A DNA stretch of 64,000 nt from Chloroflexota bacterium (GTDB lineage Bacteria; Chloroflexota; Dehalococcoidia; Lucifugimonadales; JADFKI01): positions 1 through 64,000 of the forward strand of contig JAQBUT010000021.1 of assembly GCA_027623195.1 (NCBI GenBank), read 5' to 3'. Under the pieces are notes generated by a model. The model made no database searches. It had not been told where the DNA came from and was given only the letters and a program-made list of their open reading frames with translations. Both the position numbers and the translations under genes were made by a program. Shown piece after piece: positions 50,077 through 58,260 of the stretch. The first letter of the stretch is position 1. Each line of letters opens with the position of its first letter.

Positions 50077-50490
50077 ATGAACTTAGACTTCGGCAACATC
50101 AACTACTTGGCCGTGATAGTTGCGGTCATACTTAACATGGTTGGAGGGGCGGCCTGGTACGGAATCCTCGCAAAGCCGTGGATGGCAGAAGTAGGGCTCA
50201 CCAGAGAGGCTATTGAAGCGAATCGCCCCGCTATGTACCGCGACTACGCTATCGCGATACTGGCCTCCATCGTAATCGCGTTAACGCTGGCCACCTTTGT
50301 CGAGGTTACCGGCGCGACGGGTATAGAGGGACTGACCCTCGGTCTAGTTGCGGGAATAGGCTTCGTAGCCACCACGCTGGGCTCGATATCCGCCTTCGAA
50401 AAGCGCTCACTGAAACTGTACCTGATGAACGCGGGATACCCGGTGCTGATGATTGCAATTATTGGAGCCTTGCTGGGGTACTGGCAGTAA
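50077..50490 (+). CDS. DUF1761 family membrane protein
   Basis: INYLAVIVA..GAAWY..AKPWM, FEKRSLKLYLMNAGY; AAGGAG RBS. Confidence 0.88.
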   Translation: MNLDFGNINYLAVIVAVILNMVGGAAWYGILAKPWMAEVGLTREAIEANRPAMYRDYAIAILASIVIALTLATFVEVTGATGIEGLTLGLVAGIGFVATTLGSISAFEKRSLKLYLMNAGYPVLMIAIIGALLGYWQ

Positions 50491-50524
50491 GGCGAACCGC
50501 AGTCACCACGAGAGGTCGCACTTG

Positions 50525-51102
50525 ATGACTTCCGGGAAGATCATAATCCTGAACGGTGCGTCCAGCTCGGGCAAAACGACTGTTGCGAAGGCCATGCAAG
50601 AGATCATGCTGGAGCCGTTCTGGCATATTCGTTCGACCAGTTTGTTGTGGCCCAGATGCTGCCCCAGCGGCAAGAAACCGGTCCTCATGCGTGGTGGACT
50701 GTCATGCGGCCTCGTATCTTCGATGCGTTTCACAGGTGTATCCCGGCCATTGCCAGCGCGGAAAACAATGTGATCGTGGAGCATGTATTCGCATTCAGCC
50801 ATTGGGTACGGGATCTTGCGGCGCTTCTAGAGAACTTCGATGTGTTTCTTATTGGAGTGCATTGCCCTTTGGAAGAGCTAGAGCGGCGGGAGGGTCTCTG
50901 AGGAGATAGAAAGGTAGGAGAGGGTAGGGAACATCTACGGGTAGTGCATTCACACGGGCGTTACGATTTTGAAATCGATACCTCTACCCGGTCTACGGGG
51001 GAGAACGCACGGCTGGTTATTGACGCTTGGAAATCGCGGCGCAAACCCACGGCGCTCGATGAGTCAAGAGAAGAGCTAGCCACTGAACTCGATAAAGGCT
51101 GA
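50525..51102 (+). pseudogene. Chloramphenicol phosphotransferase-like kinase pseudogene
   Basis: IIILNGASSSGKTT, then a frameshift at ~50630; GVHCPLEELERRE-GL-TGA(50899)-GDR...YDFEIDTS continues in frame to 51102. Confidence 0.85.
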
Positions 51103-51105
51103 TGC

Positions 51106-52026
51106 CTACTCCACGAACAGCGGATTGGCCTGGGTGATGACGCGGTCCTCTGCGGCGATGGCCTGTCGCAGGTACTTGGGCACGGAGAACATGCCCTGCT
51201 GCGTGATGCCGTCGTAGAAGCGTAGCTCGCTACTGATGCGCTCCGCGATACGCTGGTCCACGTATTCCACAGTCATGTGCGATGGGTCGGGCCCTTGCGA
51301 CCCGATAACGAATCCCCAGGTAGAGCCAAAAGCCGGTACGAAGGCCTCGCAAAGGTAAGCAGTCGGGAACACGCTGCCCACGGTGTTGGCTACGGCAGAG
51401 AAGCACTGCTCAGTGAACGCTGGGCCTGTTGGGCCCGACTGCGCCACCATGAGTCCTTGCTCCGTCATGCGGCTCTGTAGCAGCCGGTAGAACTCCTGCG
51501 TGAAGATCATGTAGGCCGGGCCAGCTTCCAACGGATCGGGCACGTCGATGATGGCAACGTCGAACCGCTCGGAGGTCTCCTCCAGGTATTTTAGGGCGTC
51601 GTCATGAATCAGTTCCAGGCGTGGGTCGTCAAATGAGCCCTGATGGTGATTCGTGAGGTACTTCTTGCAAAGCTCCACGACCTCCCTATCGATGTCCACC
51701 ATGACGACTTTCTCGACTGAGCGATGCCTCAGCACCTCGCGGATGGTCGCGCCCTCGCCGCCCCCGGCCACGAAGACCGTACGCGGGTTGGAGTGGGCAA
51801 TCATGCACGGCTGCACCAGCGCCTCGTGGTACACGAACTCGTCTACTTCGGTGGACTGGGTTTTGTCGTCCAGCACAAGGCTACGCCCAAAGCAGGCTGC
51901 GTCGTGAATACGGACGTGCTGATACGCCGTCTGTCCCTCGTACAGAATGTTGTGGATGTTCTCGACCTGAAGAAGGTCGGGAGTTATCAGTTCGTAGTGC
52001 CAGTTGCCGTCTGGCAGTTTGTCCAT
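51106..52026 (-). CDS. speE: Polyamine aminopropyltransferase (spermidine synthase)
   Basis: DEFVYHEALV, GGGEGATIREVL, VDID, IIDVPDP. Confidence 0.95.
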   Translation of the reverse strand: MDKLPDGNWHYELITPDLLQVENIHNILYEGQTAYQHVRIHDAACFGRSLVLDDKTQSTEVDEFVYHEALVQPCMIAHSNPRTVFVAGGGEGATIREVLRHRSVEKVVMVDIDREVVELCKKYLTNHHQGSFDDPRLELIHDDALKYLEETSERFDVAIIDVPDPLEAGPAYMIFTQEFYRLLQSRMTEQGLMVAQSGPTGPAFTEQCFSAVANTVGSVFPTAYLCEAFVPAFGSTWGFVIGSQGPDPSHMTVEYVDQRIAERISSELRFYDGITQQGMFSVPKYLRQAIAAEDRVITQANPLFVE

Positions 52027-52045
52027 CTTATGCCTGTTTTATGGG

Positions 52046-52429
52046 TTAGACCGGTGTAGAGGCGACCTGAGGTATTACGCCGCGCTGGACCTCGGATATC
52101 GACGGGTCCTTGCACTGGAGCCGCTCCACAATGAGCTTTGCGGCATCGTAAGGCTTGAAGTCCTCGCCGCACGTGAAGATGTCTGCGGCGGCGTACTGGT
52201 ATTCAGGCCAGGTATGTATACAGATGTGAGACTCAGCAATAGCGACGACGCCTGTCACTCCCACCGGCGAGAACTTGTGGAAAGTCTCACCAACGATGGT
52301 AGCCCCGGCTTCAATGGCGGCTCCCATCATCGCCTGCCTGATCAGGTCCATATCATCTAGAATATCGGGATTGCATTCCTTCAATTCCAGCAGAAGATGG
52401 GTGCCTAGTGACGTGAAACGTGCATTCAA
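52046..52429 (-). CDS. speD: S-adenosylmethionine decarboxylase proenzyme
   Basis: GVTGVVAIAESHICIHTWPE, DIFTCG. Confidence 0.96.
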   Translation of the reverse strand: MNARFTSLGTHLLLELKECNPDILDDMDLIRQAMMGAAIEAGATIVGETFHKFSPVGVTGVVAIAESHICIHTWPEYQYAAADIFTCGEDFKPYDAAKLIVERLQCKDPSISEVQRGVIPQVASTPV

Positions 52430-52508
52430 GCACCTGCCCTCCGACGTAGTATCTCATGTAGCCACACAAGCGGATATTATACAGGATAAAATGAAGCAGG
52501 AACAGATT

Positions 52509-54116
52509 TCATGACGCAGTACCGACCTTGGTTCCTTTGGAGGCCTTCTCCCGCACCAGCCAGTACTCCATGCTATCGGCCAACGCCATCCAACTGGCCT
52601 CGATGACGTTCTCGGAAGCCCCCACGGTGCTCCAGGTCTGCCGCCCGTCCGTAGACTCGATCAGCACGCGAACGACGGCCCCTGTGCTGCTGCCCTGGTC
52701 CACGACTCGAACCTTGTAGTCCACCAGTCGCACGGCCTCCAGGCTGGGGTAGAACTGCAACAGAGCCTTCCGCAAAGCGTTGTCCAGCGAGTTCACCGGG
52801 CCGTTGCCGTCGGCTGCGGTGTGCATGACCTTCTCACCGACACGAACCTTCAGCATCACTTGTGGGCTGATGTCTGCGGCGTGGCCGTTGCTCGCGCGCT
52901 TTTCTACCATGGATACGAAGTCCACCAGAGTGAAGGGTGCGACGTAGTTGGAGGCCAGCCTGCGTACCAGCAGTTCAAACGACGCCTCGGCCCCCTCGTA
53001 CTGAAAGCCCATGCTCTCCTGAAGCTTGATGTGCTCCAAAAGTTCTAAAGCCTGAGCGGGGGAGAGCTTTACGTCCAGTCCAAGCTCTTCGACCTTCCAC
53101 AGGATGTTGCCGCGGCCTGAAAGCTCAGAGATTAGCACCCGCTTTTCGTTGCCCAGGTTTTGAGGTGGAACGTGCTGGTAGCTGTGCTCCACCTTGGCAA
53201 CTGCAGAGGCATGCAGGCCTCCCTTATGCGCGAAGGCGCTGGTCCCTACGTAAGGTTGGGACGCTGATTGTGGCATGTTCGCGACCTCGGCGACGTATCG
53301 GCTGACGTCCGTTAGTGTGGCCAGCCGCTCATCGGATATGCAGTCAATTCCCATCTTCAGCTTAAGATTGGCTATGACGGAGAGCAGGTTGGCGTTGCCA
53401 CAGCGCTCGCCGTAGCCGTTAATCGTCCCCTGTACCTGCACTACGCCCGCCTGTACGGCAGCCAGCGCTCCGCCAACAGCGAGGTCGGAGTCGTTGTGGG
53501 TGTGGATTCCTAGGGCGACGCTTGTCTCGCTCTGGACCTTTCTTATGATGTCCGCGATTTCGTGGGGCAATACGCCGCCGTTGGTGTCGCAAAGGATGAC
53601 GCATTCGGCCCCGGCGTTGGCTGCTGCCTTCACGGCCTGGACTGCGTAATCGGGATTTGCCTTGAAGCCGTCGAAAAAGTGTTCAGCGTCGAAAAATACG
53701 CGGCGTCCCTGCGCCCGAAGAAAGTCCACTGAATCGGAGATCATCGCAAGGTTCTCCTCCAGCGACGTCTCCAACACGCGGGTTACGTGAAGGTCCCAGC
53801 TTTTGCCCACCAGCGTAACGACGGGAGTCTCGGCCTCAAGCAATGCCAACAGATTGGCGTCATCTTTGGCGTCGATATTAGCGCGCCGGGTGCTGCCGAA
53901 CGCGGCCAACGTAGCGTTCTCTAGCTTGAGACTCTTGGCCTTTTCGAAGAATTCGGCGTCGGTGGGATTGGACCCGGGCCAACCGCCTTCAATGTAGTGG
54001 ACGCCTAACTGGTCAAGCTTGGCAGCGATGGCGAGCTTGTCATCTACTGACAGCGATATGCCTTCGTACTGCGCACCGTCCCTGAGTGTGGTGTCATATA
54101 ACGCTAACTGCACCAT
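52509..54116 (-). CDS. cimA: Citramalate synthase
   Basis: YDTTLRDGAQ, YIEGGWPGSNP, FDAEHFFDG, HTHND, AHKGGLH; LeuA-type regulatory domain. Confidence 0.93.
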   Translation of the reverse strand: MVQLALYDTTLRDGAQYEGISLSVDDKLAIAAKLDQLGVHYIEGGWPGSNPTDAEFFEKAKSLKLENATLAAFGSTRRANIDAKDDANLLALLEAETPVVTLVGKSWDLHVTRVLETSLEENLAMISDSVDFLRAQGRRVFFDAEHFFDGFKANPDYAVQAVKAAANAGAECVILCDTNGGVLPHEIADIIRKVQSETSVALGIHTHNDSDLAVGGALAAVQAGVVQVQGTINGYGERCGNANLLSVIANLKLKMGIDCISDERLATLTDVSRYVAEVANMPQSASQPYVGTSAFAHKGGLHASAVAKVEHSYQHVPPQNLGNEKRVLISELSGRGNILWKVEELGLDVKLSPAQALELLEHIKLQESMGFQYEGAEASFELLVRRLASNYVAPFTLVDFVSMVEKRASNGHAADISPQVMLKVRVGEKVMHTAADGNGPVNSLDNALRKALLQFYPSLEAVRLVDYKVRVVDQGSSTGAVVRVLIESTDGRQTWSTVGASENVIEASWMALADSMEYWLVREKASKGTKVGTAS

Positions 54117-54167
54117 TTGTCTGGACCCTCCGTCATTCCTGCCTAGAAAAGTTAAATATCGGAAAAT

Positions 54168-54503
54168 AAAAAAATCCCGTCCCTACGAAAGGGACGGGAT
54201 AAAACTTTCGTGAGAAAGTACCCGCGGTACCACCCTAATTCTCCGGCATGGCCCATTTCTTTGAAAATCCGAAGGCCGTTGCAGGAGCGCTCCTCCAAGG
54301 TACGTATTCATACCTCTGCTCTCGATAACGGGGAGCTAATCCGTCGCCGCCTACTCGAATAACGCTTGTTCTTAGTTGAGGGTTACTCTTTAGGGGCGCG
54401 GCTCGGGAGTGATTTTCCGAGGAGGTCCCAGGCGTCTGCTTCCACCAAACCAGACTCGCTATGCCGGGAATTGTCTCGTACTCGTCTCCGTCGTAGCCTT
54501 TAC
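54168..54503 (-). ncRNA. T-box riboswitch with Ile (AUC) specifier and terminator
   Basis: Minus strand shows AGUA/GAA stem I motifs, specifier loop GAAA-AUC-ACU (54413-54411), T-box AAUUAGGGUGGUACCGCG (~54240-54223) and terminator AUCCCGUCCCU-UUCGU-AGGGACGGGAU-UUUUU. Confidence 0.93.
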
Positions 54504-54528
54504 ACGATTTTGTTAAGGTCTAAAATTA

Positions 54529-54557
54529 AGGTTATCGCGAGGGTGACAGGGTGTCAA
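54529..54557 (-). promoter_or_regulatory. Sigma70 promoter of the T-box/cimA leader
   Basis: TTGACA-17 bp-TAACCT on the minus strand. Confidence 0.7.
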
Positions 54558-54598
54558 GGCAAATCGGACGCCGTCATCACCTTCATGATCTGGATGCC

Positions 54599-55696
54599 TT
54601 ACGATTGCGAACCTTCTATGATAATTTCCTTTTCAACCTCTGAATGTCCGGAATCCAGGTGAAACTTCTCGATTCTCTCTCGAACGTCGTCCGGAAGATT
54701 CTCTAACATTTCGTCCATGGCCTCGGGAGAAAGGAAATCGGGGAACTCATCTCCGTGCCCTGGCAGCATTCGCAGGTCCCTCTGGAACATGTGGAACTGT
54801 GGACCTTGGAAGCCCATCCCGAAGCCACCTGGTAGTCCGTGTCCCCTCATGAACGAATGACCGGATTTGATTCCCGAGTGCTCACCTTGTGATACGGACT
54901 TCACTTTCCATTCGCCGCCGCCGACTGTCATATCTACGACCGTCGTCAGGTCGTCGGTGTTCAGGCTTGCCAGGTCTCCGACGTGATGAATCGTGACTAT
55001 GGTTTCGTCGTCGATCTGGTATTCGATTATCTCGGAACCGTCTTTTAGGGTCAGCGAAAAGGATCCTGCTTCAACGTCTATGTCGCTTACCGTTCCTACG
55101 GCAGTTCGAATGGTACGCACCCCGTCTTCGGTCTCCTGCTTCACCTCTGACTTTATCAGCCCACTCATGTCGCCGAATTGAGGCGGGTAATGTGGCATAA
55201 AGTTAAGGCCCGTGTAATCGCGGAATGCAGAGGCCGCCACCTGGCGTCCCCCGGACGTGACGTCTATATCCAAGGATTCTCCGTTGCGGGACACTGTGAA
55301 GACAAGCAGGTCTCCGGCTTGGGAGCCATGAACGATTTCAACGACGTCGATTGGGCTGGTCACGACCTTGCCGTCGACCGCCGTAACGATGTCTCCCTGC
55401 ATAAGCAGACCGTCAGCCGGGCTTCCCTCTACCACGCTGGCCACCAGGGCTCCATCCTCCAGACCGGCATCCGCAGCCTCCGCGTCCGATAGAGGAGCTA
55501 ACGCGACGCCAATGAAAGCGACGCCGCTGTGTTCTTCTCCGTCTGCAACCTGTCCCTCGGTCTGATGGGTAGCGATGCGTATGTCAGTCGCTTCGTTGGC
55601 TTGCGACGTCCTGGCGTTGGACGCAACCACGCCGGCAACAGTCAGTACACCTACCACTATGATTAGGCCCGGTATCAATCTTTTCATACTTTTCAT
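54599..55696 (-). CDS. Exported PDZ-domain protein
   Basis: Signal peptide; FIGV..GALVASVVEGSPADGLLMQGDIVTAVDG; GGAGG RBS. Confidence 0.8.
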   Translation of the reverse strand: MKSMKRLIPGLIIVVGVLTVAGVVASNARTSQANEATDIRIATHQTEGQVADGEEHSGVAFIGVALAPLSDAEAADAGLEDGALVASVVEGSPADGLLMQGDIVTAVDGKVVTSPIDVVEIVHGSQAGDLLVFTVSRNGESLDIDVTSGGRQVAASAFRDYTGLNFMPHYPPQFGDMSGLIKSEVKQETEDGVRTIRTAVGTVSDIDVEAGSFSLTLKDGSEIIEYQIDDETIVTIHHVGDLASLNTDDLTTVVDMTVGGGEWKVKSVSQGEHSGIKSGHSFMRGHGLPGGFGMGFQGPQFHMFQRDLRMLPGHGDEFPDFLSPEAMDEMLENLPDDVRERIEKFHLDSGHSEVEKEIIIEGSQS

Positions 55697-55814
55697 AAAT
55701 AGACCTCCACCGCCTTTATCAAGAATTTCAAATGCTGGAATCGGGCATGTGCTTGACCGAGCGATAACGCTACGTCTATGTCAGGAGCATACCCAGACAA
55801 TCGAAATAACGTGA

Positions 55815-55879
55815 AAGGGCGGCATCTGGTTAGTGCTTTTACCGCCGCATCAACCTCAACCTCGCCAGATGCCGCCCTT
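55815..55879. repeat. Perfect 15-bp inverted repeat with 35-nt spacer
   Basis: AAGGGCGGCATCTGG ... CCAGATGCCGCCCTT. Confidence 0.8.
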
Positions 55880-55983
55880 GATGGAGGGGACCTCGATCGT
55901 TATTACGCGGCAAAATCGTATGTGGATTTGTGACAAATGAAGGAAGGGGTTAGGTGAGTTCTGTGCGGTAGTGGCAGGGCGCT

Positions 55984-56418
55984 CTACTGGGGCGTTCCTG
56001 CCCCCTGGATCGTCAGCGGTCTCTCGACCACCGTGCCGTTCTCCATAATATGGAAGGCCTTGATGTCTGGCTCATCGGGGCTTGCAAGAGAGATAAGCAG
56101 GTAATATATGTCTTCACCCAGCCAGCCGCTCTTTTGGGCCATGCGAACGTCTGTGGTTGAGGGGTGTGCCGGGCCTTGAGGATGGGAATGGTAGAAGGCC
56201 ATGAGCTGCCTGCCCTGATTTCGGGATTCCAGCATAACGTTGAGCTGTTGTTGAGGCTCCATCAAGTAGCGGTTTGGATTGCTGGACGTGTTCTTGATGC
56301 GGTACAGATGAGAGGCCACGTCGTCATTTCCGGCAAGGATGCCGCAACACTCGTATGGATTAGCCTCCCGGGCGTGTTCAATGAGTTCTCTCATATGTTC
56401 CCGGGTTATGGCTGGCAT
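55984..56418 (-). CDS. JAB/Mov34 (M67) metallopeptidase
   Basis: PYECCGILAG and YHSHP..PAHPSTTD (JAMM motif). Confidence 0.92.
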   Translation of the reverse strand: MPAITREHMRELIEHAREANPYECCGILAGNDDVASHLYRIKNTSSNPNRYLMEPQQQLNVMLESRNQGRQLMAFYHSHPQGPAHPSTTDVRMAQKSGWLGEDIYYLLISLASPDEPDIKAFHIMENGTVVERPLTIQGAGTPQ

Positions 56419-56747
56419 TTTCTTCTGACTCCGGTAGCCCCACCCTCTGTCGAAAGGTGGTGATTAAGGCACCCTTAGCGTCCGCGCCGAAACATGTCCA
56501 AGAAGCGGTTCAGCAGTTGGCGCAGAGTTATTTTCCCGGGTCTGTTCAGGCGCTTCTCCGTGCAAGCTACACAACTGCAAGTAGGGGGGTGATCGCTATA
56601 CCATCCTGCTCTGCCCATGACATCGACCTGCCTTCTATCTATGCGGATTTATTGGGAACTGGTCCGAATATCCCTAATTTATTTGAACGTTCAGCTTAGC
56701 ACAAGGTTGGTTAAGAGTTGTTGTTGCAAAGATAATCCGCAAGCCGG

Positions 56748-56776
56748 TTGACAAATAAGAACAAATATTCTAATAT
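56748..56776 (+). promoter_or_regulatory. Sigma70 promoter of the tail operon with a LexA box in the spacer
   Basis: TTGACA (56748)-17 bp-TAATAT (56771). GAAC-AAAT-ATTC at 56759-56770, flanked by A and T, is one mismatch from GAAC-N4-GTTC. Confidence 0.78.
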
Positions 56777-56782
56777 GTTGTG

Positions 56783-56815
56783 AAGGGACGGACCCATTGG
56801 GTTCGCCCTTTTTTT
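56783..56815 (+). terminator. Promoter-proximal intrinsic terminator in the tail operon leader
   Basis: AAGGGACGGACCC-ATT-GGGTTCGCCC followed by T7. Confidence 0.72.
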
Positions 56816-56889
56816 GTTTGTGATTTTTCGAAATGGATTGCTGGGGTCCGAAGTTCGTCGTCCGAAGCGGATAGTTGATGGAGGTACGT

Positions 56890-57315
56890 ATGGCCTTTTT
56901 CGATTCCAAGGTCTCCAAGTTATTGCTGGATGACACAGGGGGCACACAGCGGGACCTGTCGCCCTTTATCAAGGAGGTGCGCGGGCTTCCCGGCGCCAGG
57001 CTGCTAAACGAAGTCACCGCGTTGGGCGACAGTGGCGCGCGCTTCATCCCCGGTCTGGAAGACGTGATGATTTCGCTAGCTGGCATATTTGACGACACGG
57101 CGACCTCCGGCCTGGACGCGGTTCTGGGACCGTTACGTACTCACACATCGGCGGTTGATTTCGAGTATGGCCCCGAAGGCTCGACGACCGGAGACGTAAA
57201 GTATTCTGGGACCTGTTGGGTAGCTCAGTACGACCTGCGGAGTCGGGTAGGCAGCCTGGTCGAATGGTCCGCCTCATTGCAGGTGGAGGGAACCGTTGCC
57301 CGTGGCGCGTTTTGA
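56890..57315 (+). CDS. Phage-like non-contractile tail tube (major tail) protein
   Basis: 141 aa. EVTALGD...FIPGLED..ISLAGIFD, FEYGPEG..TGDVKYSGTCWV..Y, VEWSASLQVEG follow the siphophage tail tube pattern. GGAGG RBS. Confidence 0.82.
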   Translation: MAFFDSKVSKLLLDDTGGTQRDLSPFIKEVRGLPGARLLNEVTALGDSGARFIPGLEDVMISLAGIFDDTATSGLDAVLGPLRTHTSAVDFEYGPEGSTTGDVKYSGTCWVAQYDLRSRVGSLVEWSASLQVEGTVARGAF

Positions 57316-57327
57316 TCAGTTGGCCAG

Positions 57328-57903
57328 ATGCCTGGTCTGACAGCCAAAGTATCGCAGGAGTGGCGATTGTTGGAAGTTAGGCGCATAAGTTTGCCCTCAG
57401 GCGGATGGTGGGCTATTCGAACACGGCCTACGTGGCAAGATGTTGGGGCTCTTGGCGACGGCATCGAGGGCCGCCTGGAACAGCTGCTAGTCAACGTAAC
57501 GGAGGCGTGGAGCTTTGAGGATGCGATCTCGTTGGATGCCCTGGCACGCATCGACGATGGCGACATGGCGGCAGTGATGCAGGTCGTTATCGAAGATGTT
57601 TTGCCCTGGCTGGACCAGGACTCCCCAGAAGAGATGGCGAAAGGTTTATTCGCCGGCATGTCGACCGGTCAGGTGCCAGAGGAGTTCCTGGATGTCCAAC
57701 TCATGGATGCCACTGGTTGGAGCTGGCAGGTCCTTCAAAGCGCCCCTGCAGACGTTGTGTTGAAGATGGCGATATTCCTGGCCGTTTCGCAGGTCAAAGC
57801 GGAGGGAGGAGCACTGCAATTTCCTCCGGATTTGCGCTCGTGGGAGGCCGCTGAAATTGTTCAGTTGGATGTTGGGTCAGAAGGAGATAAAGCCGGTGAC
57901 TAA
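57328..57903 (+). CDS. Putative tail assembly chaperone (G- and T-like parts in one frame)
   Basis: Lies directly after the tube gene; acidic N-terminal half with a WSF motif; C-terminal LMDATGWSWQVLQSAP resembles gpT-like motifs. Confidence 0.6.
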   Translation: MPGLTAKVSQEWRLLEVRRISLPSGGWWAIRTRPTWQDVGALGDGIEGRLEQLLVNVTEAWSFEDAISLDALARIDDGDMAAVMQVVIEDVLPWLDQDSPEEMAKGLFAGMSTGQVPEEFLDVQLMDATGWSWQVLQSAPADVVLKMAIFLAVSQVKAEGGALQFPPDLRSWEAAEIVQLDVGSEGDKAGD

Positions 57904-58219
57904 TGACTTCCCTCAAGAGAAGCTTAACAGCCTGAGAGTGGACGCCAATCAATCTATGCAAAGGTTTGCCCGGAACAGGCAGGCACCGACTCTGTGGTCG
58001 TTAACGTCGGGACCCCGGGAGCGGCATAGGACAGCAGCTTCGGAGGCGTCGGCGACCTCGCGTCCGGCAAGCCGTCGGAGCGAGGGCGCATCAGTCGATA
58101 TCGAGGCCTCGGCCTCTGGCGTCACCGTTGATGAAGAAAGACAGGGCCGGGCCATGGCCAAGGAGATCAAGAGGCTTATTGTCGAGGACCGCCGACGAGG
58201 TCTCGGAGTGGGCGGCTAG
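57896..58219 (+). CDS. Miniature tape-measure-like protein (107 aa)
   Basis: AAGGAG RBS and a GTG overlapping the chaperone end. Occupies the tape-measure position; the C-terminus VTVDEERQGRAMAKEIKRLIVEDRRRGLG resembles TMP termini. Confidence 0.5.
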   Translation: MTNDFPQEKLNSLRVDANQSMQRFARNRQAPTLWSLTSGPRERHRTAASEASATSRPASRRSEGASVDIEASASGVTVDEERQGRAMAKEIKRLIVEDRRRGLGVGG

Positions 58220-58260
58220 TAATTCCCAAAGGCAACAACACTTGAGATGGCGAGGTGAAC

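Noticed and set aside
50899..50901. In-frame TGA as selenocysteine in the CPT-like gene
   Set aside because: The position corresponds to Arg (probably CGA to TGA), not Cys; the gene also has a frameshift, and no SECIS-like hairpin was seen.
56685..56692. GAACGTTC as a second LexA box
   Set aside because: The half-sites lack the 4-nt spacer.
56457..56699. 80-aa ORF upstream of the tail promoter
   Set aside because: No RBS, no motifs, atypical composition; treated as intergenic.
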